NCBI RefSeq assembly: GCF_900083515.1
Contig: NZ_LT671858.1
Location: forward strand, 300,001 to 332,000
Length of the DNA: 32,000 bases
Direction: 5' to 3'
Origin: Cuniculiplasma divulgatum
Lineage (GTDB): Archaea > Thermoplasmatota > Thermoplasmata > Thermoplasmatales > Thermoplasmataceae
Of the stretch, positions 26,494 through 32,000 are shown one piece after another. Under the pieces are notes generated by a model. The model had not been told where the DNA came from. It saw only the letters and a list, made by a program, of their open reading frames with translations, and made no database searches. The position numbers and the translations under genes are program-made. The first letter of the stretch is position 1; each line of letters opens with the position of its first letter.

Positions 26494-28995
26494 ATGAATA
26501 TGGGTAAAAAACTACTTGTCATAATTGTTGTGTTATCATTTATAATTGTAGGATCAATGTCATATGTTTCTAATTCCCTGAATATTCTCAATCCATCCAC
26601 AGGGGTATTCAGAAGTGCAGATGGAACGAACTTTACCTCTTGTAATTTTATTGTACCAGGACTGGAAAATGAAGTTAACATTACAATTGATAATTCGGGA
26701 ATGGCACATATAACAGCCAAAAATAATCATGATCTATTCTATGCACAGGGATATTACTCAGCGTGTCAGAGATTGTTTCAGATGGAACTTCAGGCAACTG
26801 TGGCAGCAGGTAATCTCAGCAATTTTGTGGGTAAATCTGGATTACAGTCCGATTACACAATGAGACTTATAGGGCTCTCAAGAGATGCGTACAATCTTGA
26901 GAGAGACCTAAAGGCAAACTATACGGGCTATTTCAATTATATCAAATGGTATACTGAGGGTGTTGATGCGTACATAAATAACACTAACTCAGTTTCTACT
27001 CATCTTGGATTTCATCTCCTGGGGATAAAGCCATTCAGGTGGACAGTCTTCGACAGCCTTGTCTGGCAGGAGTATATGTCATGGTCTCTTGCGACAGGAT
27101 CTACCAATGTTCTGCAGTCTGATCTCTTTGTTAATTCTTTGGGATTTGCAAATTACAGTGAAATATGGCCATATTATCCATACTATACGGAAAACATAAC
27201 AATGATTCCAGGAAGTGGAACGGTAAATGGTTTTAGTCTATCTGAACAGGGTATCAGTCCTTCTTATTTGTGGAAACAGGATTTTTTCCAGGAATGGGCA
27301 ACAGGAATATCAACCAACCTTTTAAGTAATCTTTCAAAGCTAATCAAAGATTCCTGCGATAATATTTCCGATCCATATAATCTACCAGGCTCACATCTTA
27401 CGGGTTCACCAATAGGAAGTAACAGCTGGGTGATCACATCCTCGCATTCATCAGATAGCGATCCTATGATGGCCAACGATCCACATCTTCCACTTCTTGC
27501 TCCTTCACTATGGATAGAGTTCCAGCTAAAGGACCCCGGATTTAATATAACAGGTTGGGGACTTGCAGGATTACCTGGTATACTAATAGGGCACACAAAA
27601 AATACTTCATTTGGACTAACGACACCAGAGGGAAATTCAGCCAATGATTATGTGGAATTCCTTAAGGGAGACTCATATCTTTACAATGGAACCTATATAC
27701 CCATGAAGAGCTGCAGTTACACACAGGCTGGAATTGATTATAAAATATATATGACAAATAATGGGCCACTAATAGGACGAATAGGCAACATAGGAATAAG
27801 CATGAACTGGGATGCAAGTTCACCAAGCACTGATCTTATAGCGGAGATTCTACTGGATCAGGCTTCAAATTACTCCCAGATGTTGAATGCACTGAAGTAC
27901 TGGGGGCCAGCACCACCTCAGAATTTTGCTCTTGTTTCACTGCATCATGCAGGGTATATTACCGCCGGAGGGTATCCTCTTATAAGGGAGACCCTACCTG
28001 ACGGTAAAACGTTGAAAGTTGTAGGTTCAGTATCTCTTCTAAATGGTTCAAACCCTCAGTATAGAGAAAATGGATATGTTCCTTTTAATTATCTTCCGCA
28101 GGCTGTTAACCCTTCCAGGGGATACATGTTTGCCCCAAATCAGCCCACTGTAGGTAAGAATTATCCATTTCCTTTCATTGGTTCATACTGGTCTACAGGA
28201 GGAAGGGCTGAAACAATAGATCATTATCTTCAAAATCATTCCAAAATGGATATTTCCAACATGATGGCTCTTCAGTCTAATGTGACAGATTACTGGGCAT
28301 CACAGTTTAATCCAATCATTCTAAAAGCAATTTCTGGAATGAAATCAATGAATAGTTCAGAGGAAGAAGCTTACAGTTTACTTTTGAGCTGGAATTATTC
28401 TTTTTATGAGCCAATGAAAAATCCAACAGTCTACCAGTATGTAACTGCTGCATTCTACAATATCACCTATGATAAGGTCCTGAAGGAAAAAGGTATTTAC
28501 AATTACACACCCTGTGTCTATATTAACACAGCTATATTCATGGCGAGAAATGACCCCACATCATCCTGGTTCAACGGAAACTTTACTCTGACTATGCAGA
28601 AAGCATTCGTAATGGCGATCGCTTTCATGGATTCAAAGCTCGGTGGGGAAAATAACTGGGACTGGGGCAACATACATAAGCTGGAAATCGCAAGTCTTAC
28701 GGGAATCAGCTCTCTAGGCATAGGACCCATGCCGATCTGGGGTGGGAGACACACAGTTAGTGTAGGTAGCATACCAAGACTGCTTGAATATCCACTGCCA
28801 TGTGTTTCTATAGGTTCATCGTTGAGAACTATCGCAAGACCAGGTTCCGGAACCTTCTACGGTGTATTTCCAGGAGGTCCAAGTGAAAATATTCTGAGCC
28901 ACTGGTTCGATAACCAGCTTCCAAAATGGTTAAATCATCAATATTACCCTATGCAGGGATTACCAGTGGAGGTGAGAATAACATATGAACCTTAA
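26494..28995 (+). CDS. Penicillin acylase family protein (S45 Ntn hydrolase), N-terminally membrane-anchored or secreted
   Basis: N-terminal hydrophobic segment KKLLVIIVVLSFIIVGSMSYV. It also has DLFYAQGYYSACQRLFQMEL and the autoprocessing/nucleophile context PIG-SNSWVITSS (Ser codon at 27418-27420), then NDPHLP and GLAGLPGILIGHT. At 833 aa the length fits an alpha-spacer-beta precursor. The start may be the second ATG at 26500. Confidence 0.85.
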   Translation: MNMGKKLLVIIVVLSFIIVGSMSYVSNSLNILNPSTGVFRSADGTNFTSCNFIVPGLENEVNITIDNSGMAHITAKNNHDLFYAQGYYSACQRLFQMELQATVAAGNLSNFVGKSGLQSDYTMRLIGLSRDAYNLERDLKANYTGYFNYIKWYTEGVDAYINNTNSVSTHLGFHLLGIKPFRWTVFDSLVWQEYMSWSLATGSTNVLQSDLFVNSLGFANYSEIWPYYPYYTENITMIPGSGTVNGFSLSEQGISPSYLWKQDFFQEWATGISTNLLSNLSKLIKDSCDNISDPYNLPGSHLTGSPIGSNSWVITSSHSSDSDPMMANDPHLPLLAPSLWIEFQLKDPGFNITGWGLAGLPGILIGHTKNTSFGLTTPEGNSANDYVEFLKGDSYLYNGTYIPMKSCSYTQAGIDYKIYMTNNGPLIGRIGNIGISMNWDASSPSTDLIAEILLDQASNYSQMLNALKYWGPAPPQNFALVSLHHAGYITAGGYPLIRETLPDGKTLKVVGSVSLLNGSNPQYRENGYVPFNYLPQAVNPSRGYMFAPNQPTVGKNYPFPFIGSYWSTGGRAETIDHYLQNHSKMDISNMMALQSNVTDYWASQFNPIILKAISGMKSMNSSEEEAYSLLLSWNYSFYEPMKNPTVYQYVTAAFYNITYDKVLKEKGIYNYTPCVYINTAIFMARNDPTSSWFNGNFTLTMQKAFVMAIAFMDSKLGGENNWDWGNIHKLEIASLTGISSLGIGPMPIWGGRHTVSVGSIPRLLEYPLPCVSIGSSLRTIARPGSGTFYGVFPGGPSENILSHWFDNQLPKWLNHQYYPMQGLPVEVRITYEP

Positions 28996-29368
28996 ATATT
29001 CTGTATTGGCCATAGCAATTTCAGCAATTCTTTCGATCCTTTTAGCATTTTTCCTGAAGGATGCATTTTATGTGGTAATTTCAGCAGTTCCACTGGCTAT
29101 TTTAAAAAAGAAATGGGCAGCCATATACGGTTTCCTCATAGGTTTTCTGTCCTTCATGTCTGTCTACCTGCTTTATCCCTTTTCAAGCTCTGTCAGGATA
29201 TCCACGGTGGTAGGCTCAGTTACTTCAATTCCCTCAGTTCTTGTTTTAATTCTTTATCCTCTGCTTGGTGGCATAATATGTGGATTCTCCGCGCTCCTAT
29301 TTTCCTCTTTATATGAATTATCTGGAAAAAAAGATATTAAAAAACTTGCAAAGGTAAAAAACATATAA
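28985..29368 (+). CDS. Hypothetical small membrane protein overlapping the acylase stop
   Basis: The ATG overlaps the acylase 3-prime end by 11 nt. 127 aa with four hydrophobic helices and a basic tail (KKDIKKLAKVKNI). No family recognised. Confidence 0.5.
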   Translation: MNLKYSVLAIAISAILSILLAFFLKDAFYVVISAVPLAILKKKWAAIYGFLIGFLSFMSVYLLYPFSSSVRISTVVGSVTSIPSVLVLILYPLLGGIICGFSALLFSSLYELSGKKDIKKLAKVKNI

Positions 29369-29500
29369 GTACGTACAACATTGTTTTACCAATCATTTTA
29401 AAACGTAATTTCTAAATTTCTAATTCTTTTCAACTACTTTTCTTCAATGAAATTTATGCAGATATACTATTAATTAAATGAATGAAGTTTTTACCCAAAT

Positions 29501-32000
29501 GTGAAAAAAATTGCACTTATTACACTTATTATATTTATTACCTTAATTGCAAGTTTACCAATAGCCAATTCAGGAAGTCCAAAAATTATACGGTCTTATG
29601 AAAATTATAACTTAAACGAAACAGGTTATTCATCAAATAGTACAGTAAAGATAGGTCTTCTAAACAGGGACACAGAATTCTTTAATTCGAACTACAATGC
29701 AACTTCGGACAAATATCCTTTTTACATTAGTGGCAGCAACTATTACAACACCAGTGGGATCTATTTTTCTACTGATGCTGATAATCAGTCTATAAATCTA
29801 TCATGGAATGAAAATGAGAGTTATTCAATGACTGAATCTTACTTCAAGGCTTCCTATGAAGGTCAATCTATTTCGGGTTGCTTCGGATTAAAGTATGGTT
29901 CTTATATCTCAATTATACAGGGTAAAAATGTTGATAAATTAGTGAAGCTAAGTCAGAATACCTTTTACAAGCTATCCTTTATTTTCAGTGGAAAATATGT
30001 AATATTTATGATCAACAGAATGAACATGTTATGCTACTCTAATTCATTTATGTCAAATTCTGATCAGAATATGTCAAAAAATATTAATTTAACAATTCAG
30101 GGGTATTATTACAACCTACTTTTCCAGAAACCTGCACTTCAGCATAGTAGAGTAACTATTTACCAGCCAATAAATAAACCCGATGCGGTTCAATTGAAAC
30201 ATCAAACACTCAATACCGTAGTGGGGAAGGATAAAGATTTATTATACGATGAAGAAACAGGCATATATTTCTTCGTTAGAGACAATAATTCAATAGTAGA
30301 ATACAACACAGAATCAAACATGACGAAGTTAATCTACAGATCCAGTGAAAATTATATTATGACTGCAGTTTCTGACTCAAAGGATACGTACTGGCTACTA
30401 AGAAATGAAACTGGTTCAGAATACTGTATCGCAGAACTGAACAATTCAGATCTTTTTATAAATTTTGAAAAGGTTCCTGAGACTCCACCAGGAAAATTTG
30501 GTACTGTAATTATAAATAACGTTCTATCATTCTATAACCAAACAGAAGTAACCGATGCATTCAATCATCAAGTAGAGTTAAGTTACAGCAATCATATAAT
30601 TGGATCCTTAACCGTAGTGGGTATTTCCCAGTACGAAGACACAACATACATATACTACAGAAATAAAACCACCCTATTATTACTGGACCAAAACGATAGT
30701 AAGATTTTAGAATTTGGAAATTTTCATTCAATATCAAATTTCACTGAGGAAAATGGGCAGTTGATATGTGGAGTTAGTTTTACCTCAAACCCTGAAAGTT
30801 ATTATTATCCTGAACTTAACGTGATTTCCAGAAAGGCAATAAATTTCATGGATAAGGATGAGGTTGGATTAACCTATGAGGGATCTATGGATATACTGAA
30901 CCTTTCTACTTATACCCAGAGCTTTTATCAGTACAGTGGAAATTTATCATATGTTTTCAGTGGTTCTTACATAAGCAATTCATACAACTCATTCTGTTTT
31001 TATATATATAATAATTCAGGCCATGTAAATTTAAAAATCAATGTTCCAAAAAATCAGTTATTCTCTCCAGATGGATATTTCAATTTTACAGTAACCGGTA
31101 CATGTTCATTCGAATCAAACGTCTCAATAAGTGGAATTAGCATGGAAGGAAAAAACAAATCATCGTACAATATGAATCTTTCTTCGCTCAATTCTGGATC
31201 TTATATCTATACACTACAGATTCTTACTGGATCATTATACTATTTAGTTTATACGGGAACAGTAAAAGTAGATAGTTCATTTCCAACTTTAACATTTTTA
31301 CAGAGCATCAAAAATGGTGTGTTTTCCGGAGAAATATTATGGTCTAAATATTACGATTCAGCAGGTATTACCCGCATATCAGTAGATGGCGTAAATAGCA
31401 CCATAAACTACCTTAACTCAACAGTCTCATTCTTCATACCACTTTATTTTAAATCAGAATATATTCAATTTGAGATAAGCTTCAGGGACAAATACAACGT
31501 TTCGCGATCGATTAAAATTAAATTGGAGTATTATAATGAAAGGGGATCTGGTCTATTCCCAGACATATCCCAAAACCAAATATTCAGCAGTAACAAATTT
31601 AACATAACACTCTATGGGAATGGAAATAATGTATCCCATATTTTACTGGTGGTGAGGAATGGGTCATTTAGTAAGACCCTTAACTTTACATCAGATAGAA
31701 AATCAATCCATCTAAATCTGTCAAATGGTGATTATAGTTTATCCACATACGATCTATTCGTTGCTGGAAACACCGTATTTGAGGGCACAGTGAATTTCAC
31801 CGTGTTATCAGAGAACCTCAGGGTAAAGGACAATAACACTGTAAAGAATTTCTATTCATTCTATGGTAATTCAAAAAACGATTCATTCCATTTTCATTTC
31901 TCTGCCAATATCGAGGGTATCTGGACGGTTAAAGGGTACCATGATGCTACAAATGTCTTCAGTGAGATGGTACATGAGGAAAATTTATGGCTGAACTCTT
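29501..32000 (+). CDS. Large secreted/cell-surface glycoprotein candidate (LamG-like region plus Ig-like repeats); 3-prime end beyond window
   Basis: Absent from the track because no stop occurs in the window. The frame is open from the stop at 29483-29485 to 32000, and the first start is the GTG at 29501. Hand translation gives VKKIALITLIIFITLIASLPIANSGSPKIIRSYENYNLNETGYSSNSTVK... (signal peptide). By hand count there are about 35 N-x-S/T sequons in 833 codons. The segment NTFYKLSFIFSGKYVIFMINRMN resembles a LamG/ConA-like strand pattern. Later segments look like Ig-like modules (GSYIYTLQILTGSLYYLVYTGTVKVDSSFPTL). Confidence 0.7.
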   Translation, partial: MKKIALITLIIFITLIASLPIANSGSPKIIRSYENYNLNETGYSSNSTVKIGLLNRDTEFFNSNYNATSDKYPFYISGSNYYNTSGIYFSTDADNQSINLSWNENESYSMTESYFKASYEGQSISGCFGLKYGSYISIIQGKNVDKLVKLSQNTFYKLSFIFSGKYVIFMINRMNMLCYSNSFMSNSDQNMSKNINLTIQGYYYNLLFQKPALQHSRVTIYQPINKPDAVQLKHQTLNTVVGKDKDLLYDEETGIYFFVRDNNSIVEYNTESNMTKLIYRSSENYIMTAVSDSKDTYWLLRNETGSEYCIAELNNSDLFINFEKVPETPPGKFGTVIINNVLSFYNQTEVTDAFNHQVELSYSNHIIGSLTVVGISQYEDTTYIYYRNKTTLLLLDQNDSKILEFGNFHSISNFTEENGQLICGVSFTSNPESYYYPELNVISRKAINFMDKDEVGLTYEGSMDILNLSTYTQSFYQYSGNLSYVFSGSYISNSYNSFCFYIYNNSGHVNLKINVPKNQLFSPDGYFNFTVTGTCSFESNVSISGISMEGKNKSSYNMNLSSLNSGSYIYTLQILTGSLYYLVYTGTVKVDSSFPTLTFLQSIKNGVFSGEILWSKYYDSAGITRISVDGVNSTINYLNSTVSFFIPLYFKSEYIQFEISFRDKYNVSRSIKIKLEYYNERGSGLFPDISQNQIFSSNKFNITLYGNGNNVSHILLVVRNGSFSKTLNFTSDRKSIHLNLSNGDYSLSTYDLFVAGNTVFEGTVNFTVLSENLRVKDNNTVKNFYSFYGNSKNDSFHFHFSANIEGIWTVKGYHDATNVFSEMVHEENLWLNS

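Noticed and set aside
29406-29425. A tandem AATTTCTA AATTTCTA upstream of the large surface-protein gene. It shares the 10-mer AATTTCTAAT with the binding-protein upstream region (17477-17486), hinting at a common operator.
   Set aside because: By rough estimate, a 10-mer match between AT-rich spacers totalling over 1 kb is expected by chance. The distances to the two start codons differ (~94 vs ~117 nt). I have no third occurrence.
1-32000. A search by eye for tRNA/rRNA genes, CRISPR repeats, IS elements or transposases, integrases, inteins in radA/carB/glyS, TPP or fluoride riboswitch cores, and defence or toxin-antitoxin gene pairs.
   Set aside because: There are no GC-rich cloverleaf-like segments in the spacers and no regularly spaced repeats. 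No ORF has DDE, tyrosine-recombinase or HNH signatures. radA, carB and glyS have uninterrupted conserved blocks and normal or short lengths. All spacers are under about 320 nt. A computational scan (tRNAscan-SE, Infernal/Rfam, CRISPR finders, DefenseFinder/PADLOC) would be needed to confirm the negative result.

Overview
This is a densely packed archaeal chromosome segment with low GC and short AT-rich spacers. TATA-like boxes sit about 24-27 nt upstream of several start codons, which suggests leaderless transcripts. The marker genes are radA, a class II archaeal gap, an archaeal-type GlyRS, a Sulfolobus-type geranylgeranyl reductase, PAC2 and a SepF-like gene. Together with the composition they point to a Thermoplasmata-like acidophile of the Ferroplasma/Picrophilus/Acidiplasma type; this taxonomic call is inference only.

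Positions 1-17.3 kb are housekeeping. They hold alaX (partial, not in the ORF track), htpX, carA-carB, geranylgeranyl reductase, sfsA, a four-CBS protein, glyS, a GT2 glycosyltransferase, and a tight co-directional PAC2-gap-radA-ACT regulator-SepF-like cluster.

Positions 17.6-32 kb are a cell-surface and uptake region built around an Opp/Dpp-type ABC importer with atypical architecture:
- The 866-aa binding protein has a C-terminal Ig-like module and a TM anchor.
- The OppC-like permease carries a ~476-aa extracytoplasmic repeat insertion.
- A single 835-aa fused double-NBD ATPase has charged inserts.
- A small membrane ORF starts 4 nt after the ATPase stop.

A membrane-anchored penicillin-acylase-family Ntn hydrolase with its own small membrane ORF follows. 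After that comes the first 833 codons of a very large N-glycosylation-sequon-rich surface protein that runs off the window (also not in the track).

I saw no rRNA, tRNA, CRISPR array, transposase, integrase, intein, toxin-antitoxin or recognisable defence gene. I cannot defend a claim of a wholly new system here. The most unusual content is the architecture of the importer locus and its surface-protein neighbours.
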